A stretch of DNA of 62,652 nucleotides, the filler included, from Sphaeroforma arctica JP610 (taxonomy: Eukaryota): NCBI RefSeq assembly GCF_001186125.1. It is 6 parts of 3 records of this genome, joined end to end, with 100 filler letters (N's around TTAATTAATTAA, not from the genome) between each part and the next. Parts side by side here need not be neighbours in the genome. Positions count along the whole stretch, not along the records: positions 36,289 to 52,053 come from NW_014040555.1; positions 52,154 to 59,274 come from NW_014040555.1; 4 more parts are not named here. The stretch is one strand, 5' to 3'. Numbering within the stretch: the stretch's first letter is position 1; each line of letters begins with the position of its first letter. Of this stretch, positions 42,230-55,822 are shown in pieces. The position numbers and the translations under genes are program-made. The notes below the pieces were generated by a model. It was given only the letters and a program-made list of their open reading frames with translations, made no database searches and was not told the origin of the DNA.

Positions 42230-43720
42230 TCACTATATCAGCTTTCTGCGCTTATGGCTTCCATGGCTTCAGCTGGCGACACCCCCGCAACCGACTGGTG
42301 ATGTTTAAAACATTCATCCTATCCACGGCTACATATGGGCTGAACATTATTGCCTGGGCTCCGCCTATATAGAAGGATGCGTTGGACCCCCTATTCAAGC
42401 GCTTTAACTCAGCACTCATCCAAGCAGCAGCCATCATCACGGGCACTGAATACCCTCGGTTTCCCAAACATCAATCAAACTTACTTCACTGTTGCGGCCT
42501 GCTCCCCGTGCGACCATTCGCGGACTGCCTCGGAGGCTGCCTGGGAATACAACATGACTCAATGGCCAGTACAAATCCACTTACCCCTCTGACACAACCC
42601 ACCTGGGCCCACGATAAACCATCACTGCGCTTCCCGTACAGTATCTATGCTCACTTGAAAACTGTACACAAAACCACGGGCGGGCGTACACCCGACCATG
42701 TAGCCCTCCGCCAACGCTGTGACGACATCATGAAGAACTCAAGAAAACGTTGGTCCAACAAGGAGATCGCGGCAATGGCCCGGTGCCAATACTACTACCA
42801 ACTAGTTATGGGTAAATCGCCAACCTCAAACCGAGACACAGCGAGACACTACAGCTTCAATCGCTGCTTCGAGTCTACACCAATCCGGCTCTGTGCTATG
42901 ATTGTAACGAATACGTACATGTTCACATTGCTCGACTACCGCACCGATGGCTGTCTCTGCCCTGTCTGCCCCGGTAGCCACAAGTTCACTACCAGCCTTT
43001 ACCTGCATCCAACAACTGATTCGACGCATCCTGGTAGGTCCGAAACTGCCGCCCATTGGCCCTGACCTCCTTCAGCAATTACAGGAGTGCCACGACTTCC
43101 ACGGTATCTGGACCCTCCACAGACACCTTGGGTCTTTTCTCCAGTATGTTGAAGAACCACCGTACCCTCACCCGTCCCTGACACCTCAACAGATGTTCCC
43201 TACGCACCGGCTAATCATTCTGTTGAAGCATACTTCCAATATCGGTTCAAACCAAATCATCGCGCTTGTTGATTCCGACTATGACACTTCCGATCCAGGC
43301 CAGCCAACACATACCAAATTCATCCGTGGTCTGGTGCGGCATTGGCTTACCTCCATCCTCGCTTCTCGACCGGATTATGACGGATAACCTGGTCCTTCTC
43401 GGTACTTCGTACTCTGCACTAACCCATTCCGCGGTACTACACGGCGCAGATCCGATCCGTACCACAGAGGTGGGTACTCTACTTAGTAGGACAGCAAGCG
43501 AATATATGGAACATTCGATAGTAACAGTGTTTTGTCAACACCGGCCCGAATTGACTCAGCACTTATCTTCCATTGTCGACTCACTTGGCCCAAGCTTCAA
43601 ACGGGAATTTACTGACCACTTCTTCCCATCAATTTCCTGAACCACTACAGCGACTATGAGAGCCATACCATATGTTCATACATTGTATCATACATACTTG
43701 CCATTTTTGAAATAAATAGT
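42230..43720 (+). mobile_element. Degenerate non-LTR retrotransposon 3' part
   Basis: RLVMFKTFILSTATYGL (post-RT segment typical of LINEs), CPVC...H zinc knuckle, frameshifted ORFs, AATAAA near the end. Confidence 0.65.
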
Positions 43721-43842
43721 ATTATCCCTATATCAGGGCCTCAGGCCTCTGGATTCAGGACTTCAGGCCCTCAGCTCATCGCCTCATCCCCTACGGGGTA
43801 GATACATAAAAAAGACTTCAGCAGTGTGAACAACTGAACACT

Positions 43843-43945
43843 GATGACTGAACTGTGAACTCAACAAGTTCACAGTTCAGTGTTCAGTCCAAAAGGTTCA
43901 CAGTTCACAGTTCACAATTCACAAGTTCACAGTTCACAACTTCAC
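43843..43945 (+). repeat. AGTTCAC / GTGAACT heptamer repeats in both orientations
   Basis: Read directly; possibly subterminal repeats of a non-autonomous element. Confidence 0.55.
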
Positions 43946-45187
43946 ACTCACTATTTTTATTTGTTTTATCTTTTTGAAAATAAAATAAAATGGTGTTCTA
44001 TTTATGTATGGACTCTATATATTTATGGTTCATTGGTAATATTTGTTTTGTCTTTTAGAAGAAAAAAAAAACAAATTTCAAATACACGAGCCAGTTTTCA
44101 GTTTTCAGTTTTGTTTCAGGGGAAGCCGGGAAGGCCATGCTAAAAAAAAAGCTATGTAACATGCTTGTGGTCATTTTATAATTTTTACAAATACTAATAC
44201 CAGAGGTGAACTACTCACAACAGTCGGAGCACTCCAGAGGTCTAGAGGAATTCGATATTTTTAATATTATACAGTCATTGAATATGATTTGCCAATTTGA
44301 AAACTCAATATGTAGTTAATATTTAATAATAAGGCACCTCAAGTCCTCAAATCCTCACAAGTCAGCTGACCTCACACAACAACAAGAGTGAGTCAAGTCT
44401 TCTACACACACAAGAAGAGAAGAGGCTGAAGCATCAAGCCTGATCAAGGCTCAAGCTCGATTTTATCCGCAAATATCAAATATGAAATATCATAGTCAAA
44501 CCCATGTGTGATGTGGGCCTACATACGCCTGGCAGGCTGGCCGCCCTCTGGCGGGCCGCCTTGGGCCCTGGGGTTTGTTTCGCATATTTACATTTCAGTT
44601 GTCGGCTTTTTGTGGGTTTGCCTTATAGGGCCAGAGTGGGGGCATGGGGTTTATTATTTAGTGTTGGTATGAGAATACGACTGGTCTGTTCGCCTGTTCG
44701 GCGGTTCACTGTAACGACTGTGCGAGTGTTCGGCCTGCGGCGTCTGCATTCACACTCATCACAGCAGTGAGCAGGTGCACGGTTCAGAATCAGCATTCTT
44801 GAAGCCATTTGGGCCTTTGGCCATAAGTTGAAGGCCCGTGTATTTGATTTTTTATAAATAAATATTTTCCACTGGAATTTCCGAAATTCCGATGAGCGGA
44901 AATCTCAAATCCGGGGGACTGTCTCTGTCTACAGTGTCTACTTAGCCGAAGAAAAGTCAATGCATCACAAAGATGACATATCCTGAAAACCTCTCTAGAC
45001 TTTTGGAGTTCTGGACAGAGTCCATTTCTTCCCCAGCGATATTTCATATGCCTCTGAAAAAGATTGAATGCGGAATGGAATTATAGTATCTGAATAGTCA
45101 ATAGACAGGCAAAGTATAAATTGACCAACAAGTGATGTAGAATACTGCATTTTAAGCATAATTATAACAGCTTGATACAAGACAAAT

Positions 45188-46832
45188 ATGGTTAGTATTC
45201 CTGCCACACCAATTCATCTGATATCGTCTGATCGATCAACGAAAGCATGTGGACTTCCTAGCACTTCTCTAATAAGGGCGGCAGAATGGCGAGATAACAA
45301 TCCTATCAACTCCGAAATAGTAGAGAAGCCGGTGCATACAGAAGGCTGCAAAAACGATGCAGTCATCGTGGAGCCAGTGCCAATTCAAGATAGAGCAGAA
45401 TACACCGCTACCAAGCCTCGCAAGGTGCTCATATAGAGGCGCCGCAAAAGCGCAGCAGCTCCCGTCGAAACTGGTGTTCTAGCACCATCTAGGAATGCAC
45501 AGTTGAACAGCAGCCCAGTTAATCGCTTAGCTGACAAGTGTTCGGGGAACGGCGCAATACGACAATTTACTTCAATTGTAGATGAAGATATCATTCAAAA
45601 AGGTACTGGTTACAATGTTTCTCAGGATGAGTGTCCTATCAGGAGGAACAGTTATACAGGTCGGATGACTGGCAACGGTACAGGTTCCATGGTATCGCGC
45701 GACTTTGAGCAGAGAAAATCAGTGGTTTCATTGAACACAGCAGTGGGAATGCATCATTCTATCAAGCAGGCGAAGCGTGCGTCCTATATAGATCGTGCTG
45801 ATGAGTTAGTTACAGAATTTGCACTGGAACCAGCTAAAACATTAGACAGATTGGTGAGTTTTCTTCTAAACTCGAAACATGTCAGAGAGATAAAGCGGAA
45901 AACAGAAGAGCGCGTGAGATACAGCAAAATTATTTTATGTCGTCTGTAAGCACAGAAATCCGGGCGGGGTTAGAGCCAGGCCACGTTCCTTATGCATAGC
46001 AAATGAGTATGCAAGTACAACTAGTAGGGGTCGAAGACCAAGTTCTTTTGTGAGTCAGTCGCACCCGTCATCCCAGCAAAACTCTCTACAATTACCCTCA
46101 GCGACTGTTATAAAACCAAACTCGATCCGTAATCAGCCGTCTCCGCGTGTTTTCATATTTCCGGGCCAACCCCAAAGTTTGATCGCACAAACCTCCAATA
46201 GTGCAAAAAGCAGCGCTTGGCATGGAGGTAGGCAAAGCCCAGCTGAAACGCATGTTTTGAAGAATTCTCACAGGTATCAACACCAAGTGAGTGTGGATCA
46301 GGTCTCCCAGCGAATACCCCCCGCTGGGAATAGTACGTCATCGCTTCCGAAAGTGTTTCGAAGGATGAGCTTGCAGCCTAGCGTAAGATCGCAGGCTTTC
46401 CCTGAACAGTGTCAACCTATGCCACTCAATCTCAAATCGTCCACAGCTTCCCTATTGCCTACAAAAAACAAAGGAAGTCTAACTAACTTGTATAGGAACA
46501 ACGTTTCAAATAACGACGTAAGGATGAAGCCAAGAGTTTCATTTAATAGTATCGCCATGTTCGTGTCGACTTTTGGAGCAGAACAATATGACCGTACTAA
46601 ATTCAAGGAGAAGAAACGTGTGTTCAGGAAAGCAAAAAGAACCCCATGTCAATGGAAGATCTTGGAGAAGCTACTCAGGTTCAAAATAATAGAAATGCCC
46701 GTACACGACGAGAGCCGGAAATATACAGACTTGCATCTGGGCAACCTACAAAAGGAAGAATTGTTGGCCAGGAAGAATTTAATTGCGAAGATATTAGTAG
46801 AGAAAGGCTGTTTAAAAGCAGCTAGTAAGTAA
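45188..46832 (+). pseudogene. Phactr/Bni4-like PP1-binding protein, interrupted frame
   Basis: KPRVSF....STFGAEQYDR...FKIIEMPVHDESRKYTDLH matches the Phactr/Bni4 C-terminal PP1 module; in-frame TAG at 45434 and a frame change near 45950-46050. Confidence 0.65.
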
Positions 46833-47138
46833 TAAAGAGAGCGGACTGTCTCATACTCTTGCACAATCTGTACTTAATTTACGCATTGTATGATATCGGG
46901 TAATTTTAGCTTGTAATCTTGCATACCAAGCCTGCCGCATATTACAATAGTTTGAAATCATCGTAAAGCGATTAATAGAGTTGAAGATGTATATCCACAG
47001 CTAGAAAATTAGTTATTTGCAACCAAGGTAAGGGTAACACAACTACATCCCACTATAGTCATTCGTAATGATGTACACTCTGCTGCAATATTCCGAATTC
47101 TTTTATACCTGTATTATCACTCTGATGCACGTTACTTA

Positions 47139-47500
<362 letters not shown>

Positions 47501-47535
47501 TGCGGCCAAAATTCATATCGATTTGTCGGCGTTTA

Positions 47536-50120
47536 TTAAGGTTCGTCGAGACTTGTCGTACTTCCATCGTGATCGTTTAAGCCTAGATAATTCCTTAAAC
47601 CCTGAACAGCAGCCAAGTATTTCTCATCATTGCCTGCTAGAATGTTCAGATCCGGCATGCTCTGCATCACAACTGTAAAGTACAGAAACAAGATGTAGAT
47701 TTCGAAGGAGCGGTCTGCATTGACGAAATACTCATCACAAGGCTCAACTATAAGCACACGACCAATATCGCTCTCTCCCATTTAAGTGCAAAGCAGCTGC
47801 AGCACGAGTTTGAAAACTGTCTTTGAAAAGGTATCCAACTGGCAATCTATACTCTCTTACCACACTCGAGATATCAACTATGTTGTGCCAAGGCACTCTG
47901 AATCTCACATTCTCTTGTATTGATGAAAGAGCAAGGGGACATACGCGGTAGTTGTTTATACTCACGAACACGCTTGCGTCTGTACAATGACATTAATTGA
48001 CGAGATACATGATTTCATTGTACATCACTAGTGTGAACCAACAAACTTACAAATCGGATCGTCGAACAAGATTTTCCTGAAGAGTGCAAAAATTAAATCC
48101 TTGTTCTTCGGTCCCTTCTGTGCAATTACTATCGAGTCGAGAACGACCCCTATATACGGCAGCACAAGCTGAAGAGTATCACATACAGACAGAAACATAA
48201 GCGAATGGTATCATATGCTTGTGAGGAAATAGAATGCTCACCATGAGATGCACAATTTGATTCATCAAACCCAGAATACTATATATTCGCAGTCCGAATT
48301 CAGAAAATGAAGATATAGATCTGCGTCAATAGGATGTAACATGCGGTTGAGACACGTTGTTAGGTTGCACCCAAGTTTTTGACAAGGTTCACATAGAATC
48401 GGGACATAGGTTAATGACAGTTTTGTATATCGCTCTCATGTGAACGTCTACAAGCACCTGTGAAAAAACACAAACTTTATGCCCCAAACCGCCTCTTCAC
48501 ATGGTATAGTCACAAACCAATCGTTCTGTGATCAGCTCTCATCACTAACCTATGTATATGTTCAGTAACGGTCTCCATTATTTATTTGTACCAAAACTAG
48601 CGACACAGAATATACCATGCTGTAAAATCCTGAATGATTACAAAATGCAAATGCTCTGATACGCAAAAAAACAACAACAACTCAGTTGTACTCAGTTGTA
48701 CTTGGAGAGTGCTCATACATCCACACCATCAGACTTACGCAAGCTTTGTTCGTAGCCACGGTCACGAGTATATTCAAGATAGTATGGTCCAAGTGCCGAG
48801 GTGTTCCCAACAGCTTATAAGGTGCCACCAGGCCCGAGAGATTGGTTTCTATAGCCCTGGGGAGCACATCATACACTTTGGGCAGGACTTCTAGTAGTAC
48901 ATTGGGCGTGTCAGGTAGCTCGACATTGAGCCCAGCGGCGAGAATTTCGGCAATCTCTTCGCCGAGTTCTGTGATTACACGTAAAAAAATATTACTGGCT
49001 TCAGAAGCAATACAAGAGACATTCCTAAAAACTTGCAAGCAACCTCGTCACAAGAGTATTGCATATATACGTGAGAATTACAGGTAATAGTATGTTAAGT
49101 AAAGGTGGGGGACATTCACAATGGTTTATATTATGAAAGTTCCAATGCGAGTATCCTGAGCAAAGTAGTACTGTTCTGCTCCCCGTAGTCGACTTAATCG
49201 AAGTTCGCACATCATTGATTCATGAGCGGCAAAAGTAAATTTACAGCCATATGTATGTTTACATGATACCTGGAACCGACTCCATGCATCATGGTAAGCC
49301 CTAATACATGTACTAAATACCAGACCTTCGACTCTACATATATATACTGGCAGAAGAACGGCGATATAGTCACCAGACTTCCTATCTACGTGTAGAGACT
49401 TCACCGATTCGGGTATAAATATTCCCAACATGCTAGAACAATCGAAATATTTGATCATAAAGTATTGGGTAGTGGCCTTATTCTACACGAGTTAACGTTC
49501 GGCATCGGCATTCGACATATAATATTAAAACAAGCGAATACTGGGTCAATATTTAGCTAAACAACACGAACAAGTATCCTGTAGAGTGCGGCTTATGCAC
49601 AAGGGGTTTGCAGAAACTGCACATATGTTTGTGTAGCTTGAGTATCGATCTCAGATGTGAAGGGAGCTTACCATCAGGCCACTTTTCGGCCATTCGTAAT
49701 AGATTACACACCACTGCCTCCTTTATTCCATGGCTCGGTTTACTGATGTAGATCTCGAGGGCTGGAGCTAGTGCCATTGCTGCCGGCAGGTAGTCGCACT
49801 ATAATATTTTTAACAGTGTAGAACATTAAATAATCGTACAGAAAACCCGGTGTTCGATGGTTGCAGCGTAGACACTTTAGAGACAAATATCCTACATATA
49901 GGATTTGTGGTATGGATGTATTTCACTTTGCCTGCTCTGGGATGTATCAGATAGCACTTCCAAGCATGTGAGTGAGTTCAGCACCCCTGGAGGAATCCAA
50001 CTTGACTTTCAAACTACCCCGGACATACCGTGGCAAAGAGCTGTATAATTGTTAACACAAGTTCTCCGTGAGCAGTTTCCTCATGGCCTGCGGAAGCTTT
50101 GAATTCGAACTCTTGCCATT
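47536..50120 (-). CDS. Multi-exon host gene resembling the N-terminal region of VEPH1/Melted; limits approximate
   Basis: Exon 49024-48739 (TAG..GTAAGT) encodes NVS...LLEVLPKVYDVLPRAIETNLSGLVA...HTILNILVTVATNK, similar to VEPH1 RNMS...LLRVLPAVYEKQPQPINRHLTELLA...HLLRLLHVAAKK as recalled. Confidence 0.5.
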
Positions 50121-51018
50121 CCTACATCACAAAAATATATTTTTTATGCTTAGTTGCATATCCAAGTTTGGGTGAAAGTGGCATTTGAAGAACATTGTCA
50201 ACGTTGTCGAGTTTCGTAAGTACGAACAAAATGGTCGGTCTTCTTAGGGCTATATGTCTAGAGCATTTTGCTCACGCTATCGTTCTCACCGATTTGTAAT
50301 TCAAAGAGTTCGGTGAAGAGATCTAAGCATCAATAACCTTAACCATTATTGACACATATCATATACAAAGTAACCGCTTCAGTTGTTTATTATAACCGAC
50401 CCTTGAGTTTATGGATGAGTGCTTAAAGTTCAAGTAAGATGTGTGACAACTTCGAATATGCAACAGGGTATGTAGCGATACGAAAAAAGTATGCATGTAT
50501 CACGTAGAAGAATAGTAGCAAAGAAATGTACTTAAAATGTGAAAGTATGCATGTATCACGTAGAAGAATAGTAGCAAAGAAATGTACCTTAAATGTACAT
50601 ATTATAAGGTCTCATGTATATGCACGTCTTCACATAAAACTATCTAAGCTACACGAATCACGAATCAGAATCATACTTTCTCGCTTGTACCAAAAACTAG
50701 GATTAACTATATTGCACCTCAGGGAGCAATACATAACTGAAGAACAGAGTATATGCGAAGGTATTGACTAGGTGTTATGACACGTATGTCTTAGCATGGT
50801 GAAGAAACACAGTAAACCTAAATTTCCATATTTATATTCAACTAAAGCAACCAAAATTTGAATTGTGTTATTCATATAGAAACGCACTTATGAACATGAA
50901 TTGGTGTGGAAATACACACATACGCAGATGTATTCTGAATTCAAATAATTTACATATATACACAGATTAATTTTACATACTTTATAATACATATGTATGA
51001 TGTCTACAGACAGACATA

Positions 51019-51428
51019 CATTTTGCTTCAAGTAAACACACTGCCTTCACACAAACATGCATACCATATGTTTGGAATTACATTTTACCGGAAAGTCATG
51101 TATATATTGCTACACACAGTCAAGTACCAACGCAAGGTGTATGTTCGCCAAATGTCGAAAAGAATTTCTCTGAAACATTTGGCAACGTACATACACAGCA
51201 TCTGATTGCTTGCATCAAAGTTCATTTTGCTTCAAGTAAACACACTGCCTTCACACAAACATGCATACCATATGTTTGGAATTACATTTTACCGGAAAGT
51301 CATGTATATATTGCTACACACAGTCAAGTACCAACGCAAGGTGTATGTCCGCCAAATGTCGAAAAGAATTTCTCTGAAACATTTGGCAACGTACATACAC
51401 AGCATCTGATTGCTTGCATCAAAGTTCA
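51019..51428 (+). repeat. Near-perfect tandem duplication, 204-bp unit x2
   Basis: CATTTTGCTTCAAG at 51019 and 51223; identical translated frames. Confidence 0.9.
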
Positions 51429-52053
51429 GTCCAAGTAAGCACTTACAAGCAAACAATCGATGAAAAAACTGGCATTTGCATCTCGAACTGCTGCTATGCG
51501 TGAGGGCACACTGCCGATATGCAGAGCGTTGAGCATTGCTTCCACAACCACGCATTCTTGTGGCGACGTGCCATACTCTTCACTGGACGCTATTTGTTTG
51601 ACTTTATCGAGTATTAAGCATACCTGTGGGGCGTGAATATTTGCGATGTTAATAATTTAAATGTGGAAAATTGGCTTAAGAGATGACAACAGGGGGGGGT
51701 GCAGTTGATTATTGGTATTCTGTATACTTTACAGGCGTCATAAGTGATGTCATAAGCAAAGTAAAATCCTGGATTCGAGGCAATACTAACTTGCACAAGC
51801 ACAACCTGATTCACAGCATACACGCACACACTGTATATGGATGCGGTCCAAATCATAAACATGTCTTCGATAACAAGGCACAATCGTAACCACACACAAC
51901 CAAGCATATATAAACATATATCCAGACTACATATATGTAACTAGAGGAACGCATCAGTGAGATACAATACTCATTTGAATCGACTCACCAATTTACGTTG
52001 CAACCCATATTTTTAAATGAAAAACTTATATATACCACTAAATCAACGATCTC

Positions 52054-52153
52054 NNNNNNNNNNNNNNNNNNNNNNNNNNNNNNNNNNNNNNNNNNNNTTA
52101 ATTAATTAANNNNNNNNNNNNNNNNNNNNNNNNNNNNNNNNNNNNNNNNNNNN
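52054..52153. other. Artificial spacer
   Basis: N44-TTAATTAATTAA-N44. Confidence 0.97.
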
Positions 52154-54276
52154 TTATATTACCTGGATGATATGATACAGTACTATGCGAAGGCACAACT
52201 CTAAATGTGCATGCGTTGGATTCGGCTGAGAATACCCGCTTACATCAATTTCGGACAGTGTGGTGTAAATACCTAAATATCAACAATACGTCGTGATTGT
52301 GAAATCGTACACGATGTCATGGCAATGTGACGATATAAACTTTCGTGGGTTATTTTGACACTAGTCTAATACAGGTACAAATATTTGAACGGAAATACAT
52401 CCTGGTGTAAGTATCCATCACACAACCAGTAACAGAACGTAATGCCAATATGTGTACAAGCGGGGGATATTGCGATTACTTTGTAGGGTATTAAAGTAAT
52501 ACATATATTTATAGTTTTCTTACTGAACCACACACCGCATCACTTATTAGAGTAGCTCGCGCTGCACAGCGTTGAGAATATTTAGAGGTTAGTAAAGTAT
52601 CTCCAACATCTTTAAGATTCTGTACCGCGATCAGCAAACAGTTTACTTGTTATATGTAATCCATTTTTTTTTTGTAATATATGAAAGGTAATACGTTTGA
52701 TGGTGCCGAAGCACCGAATCAAACGAATTTAGACGCACACAAACTCATTTGAGGATGTGTAAGCGGGACCGTATGCCTCAGTGCAATGGCTAACGCTTCC
52801 CCCTTGGCGATTAGTGTGATTGAGCTCTAATAGCCCCGCCCAGGTAAGTAATGAACAATGAGATGTAGGTTCCCTATTTATATGAGAGCTTGATGTATAT
52901 AAAATTGTAGTCTTCAGTTGCCAAATTCTGACATCGATAATATTGTTCTTTTTTTCTGATTTTCACAACATGAACCCACACGCGCCACGCGTCAGCCCAA
53001 AGGTGTCGTTTTAATGTCACAAAAATGATGTCGTTTCATTGTCACAAAAAAGAATTACCATTTCAAATGGACATGGTCTATCTTTTTTTTTTAAACAAAA
53101 TATCACAACTACTACTTTAGGAGTCTAAAATAAGGCTCTCTTTCTTGAGAGAGTGGTGAAAAGTGACGACGAAGAAGTGTGTTAGGCTAAATACGAGTTT
53201 GGAAATATTCATATTTAGTTGAAAATCAGGGTGAACGACCAGGTTCTTCTGTGCCATAGCCTTCTCATCATGTCTAATTTACATTTAGGGGAATTTGTTT
53301 TCAAAAAACATAACGAACACTATGTATTTTTTTTCAAAAAATACCGGGGACAATATAATATTTATTTATTTATGATGTGATCCACAACTGACAAAGTATG
53401 GAGTTTGTTTCAATTGCAGTACTCAACTTTATAACACTGTAGTTGATATCTTCAGTTTATAAAGTATCGACTTGGGTACGCTTAGTCGCAATCATTACGC
53501 GATTGACTGTCCAATACTTGGGGTAGCTCTCCACAAGACAAATAACTTGTCACTATTTACCTCCGTTCATAATTACAGCGTCATAACAATTTTTCATATT
53601 AAACCATTCATGTCTATATTCTTCTGACGTCTAGTTTGATATTCATTCTGACGAAATGAGAAAAGGATATGCATAAAATATACTTCCTCACAATGAATAA
53701 GCTAAACAATATTTAGTGGTTCAATCGTTACCTGTTTTAATTGGTCATAGCAACAAACACTTTCGACCAGTGTAGCTGAAGTCATCACGCTATGTAGTAT
53801 ATCTGAATTTTCTCGAAGGTCTGCTTTCTTTTTTTTATCTACCTCAAACACCCCCGTTACGCACGATACTTCTTGCACAATATAATATTTCAGGTGGTCG
53901 AAGTAGTGATATATACATGCAAGTATCTGCTTCCATAGTCTTTTGAAATGGACACCGATAATGATCCATGATTCACATTGATTATAGACATAAGCATAAG
54001 CAGGAATTTACATGCCATCGTATTTAATAATACCGGTAGTTATTCTATCGCGCTACTCTACATTTCCCTGTTGTTGCATCAATATTTTAGATTGATGTGT
54101 ATTCAGTACACCGCAACTTGTTCGGCAACCACATAGATATTCTCATAGGAATATTATTTGAGCTAGATCCAAAAAAAACTTTCTTTTCTCAATGCAAATT
54201 GCCGACCTCGCTTTCTATCATATTTCACAGCATTCGGTAGTCATAAAACAAGTATTTAAATTGTCCTAGATTCTTC

Positions 54277-54418
54277 GATTTGTAATATATCTCTTGTACT
54301 GCACATTTGATCTGTAATATATCTTTTGTACTGCACATTTGATTTGTAATATATCTTTAGTACTGCACATTTGATTTGTATTATATGTTTTGACTGCACA
54401 TTCGATTTGTAATATATA
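54277..54418 (+). repeat. Minisatellite, about 31-bp unit x4.5
   Basis: GATTTGTAATATATCTTTTGTACTGCACATTT-like copies with no spacers. Confidence 0.85.
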
Positions 54419-54902
54419 GCGTTCAAATGCTAGGACAGTCACAGACGCACAGCCTCACAGACGGTCTCTCTCTACTTTTTATCTATTCGTGGACTTCTTG
54501 TGGTTATAATTCATCAGGAGGTTTATTAAATTTACATGCGTAAAATATTTGAAGCCACAGAGAGAATAAAACACATGACCCGCTGGAGGAGAAGGGTCAC
54601 GGCGCTCAGTATAGTTAACAGAGAGATTTGAGTACATGCGTGAGAGAGAGAGAGAGTCAGGGTCACTCGGGGCCAGGGCCCAGGGGCTCAGCTTCTCAGG
54701 CGGTCAGGCCTCAGGGAGAAGCGTCAGAAGACTGAGGAGACCAAGCAACAAGAATGAACACTGAAATCTTAACAGAGTCATGGAGACGTATGGTGCCAGT
54801 GCAGTCGCCTATAGATCACCCTCTAAAATAAAACTTCAAATGTCAGAAATTCATACACAGACTCCACAGAGTCCACACTCCACACTCGTAGACACTCACA
54901 CA

Positions 54903-55241
54903 GTGAGTCAGTGACGGATAGGGTGACTGCAAGTCCAAGAGGTGATGGACTGATGGACTGATGGCTACTGTAAGTGAGAGTGTGAGTCAGTGTGAGTCAG
55001 TGACGGATAGGGTGACTGCAAGTCCAAGAGGTGATGGATTGATGGACTGATGGCTGCTGTAAGTGAGAGTGTGAGTCAGTGACGGATAGGGTGACTGCAA
55101 GTCCAAGAGGTGATGGATTGATGGACTGATGGCTGCTGTAAGTGAGAGTGTGAGTCAGTGACGGATAGGGTGACTGCAAGTCCAAGAGGTGATGGATTGA
55201 TGGACTGATGGCTGCTGTAAGTGAGAGTGTGAGTCAGTGAC
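54903..55241 (+). repeat. Minisatellite, 79-bp unit x4
   Basis: GTGAGTCAGTGACGGATAGGGTGACTGCAAGTCCAAG... at 54903, 54992, 55071 and 55150. Confidence 0.9.
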
Positions 55242-55822
55242 TTCAGACTTGTCAGTTGTCAATTGTCAGTTGAGTAGTACTTATTGTCGTTTCCACCTAT
55301 TCTGTCAATCACCCCCTGGTTAGCGGCAACTAACAAGCCGAATTCAGCCGACGTAAACTTTCTGGATTTTGTGTCGGGCCTTGCTCGCGTATGGCGAAAA
55401 AAATAAAATTTATTTTAGGAAAACATCTTCATTGGCTTATGATCCAAAACCAAAATTGTTCGAGTTTTCAGGCAGTAGACGCTGAGCTGAGAACTCAGAA
55501 ACTCAAAGTTCAATACTGGTAGCTGATTGGCGAAGAGACTCTCATATTTTGAGTCCAGAATTTCAAATCAAGTTCATTATCCAGGTCTATCAGCGGTCCA
55601 AAAATTGAGCTGAATGAAATAGTCAAAAACATGTTCAGCGTTCAGTATTCATTTTCTCCTTTTTTTCTTTTTTTTTAAACACAAATATACACGGCTGGAC
55701 CACACAGCACACACAATTATTCATATGTCTGTATAAGTACGATGATTACACCAGAGATGCGTGGTTAGTTGTGATCGCACGATACTTCTATAGTCTCACA
55801 TATGTAGATATAAGATTGCACT

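Noticed and set aside
54277..55241. CRISPR-like arrays (also 59375-60183)
   Set aside because: Head-to-tail repeats without unique spacers, no cas genes, eukaryotic context.
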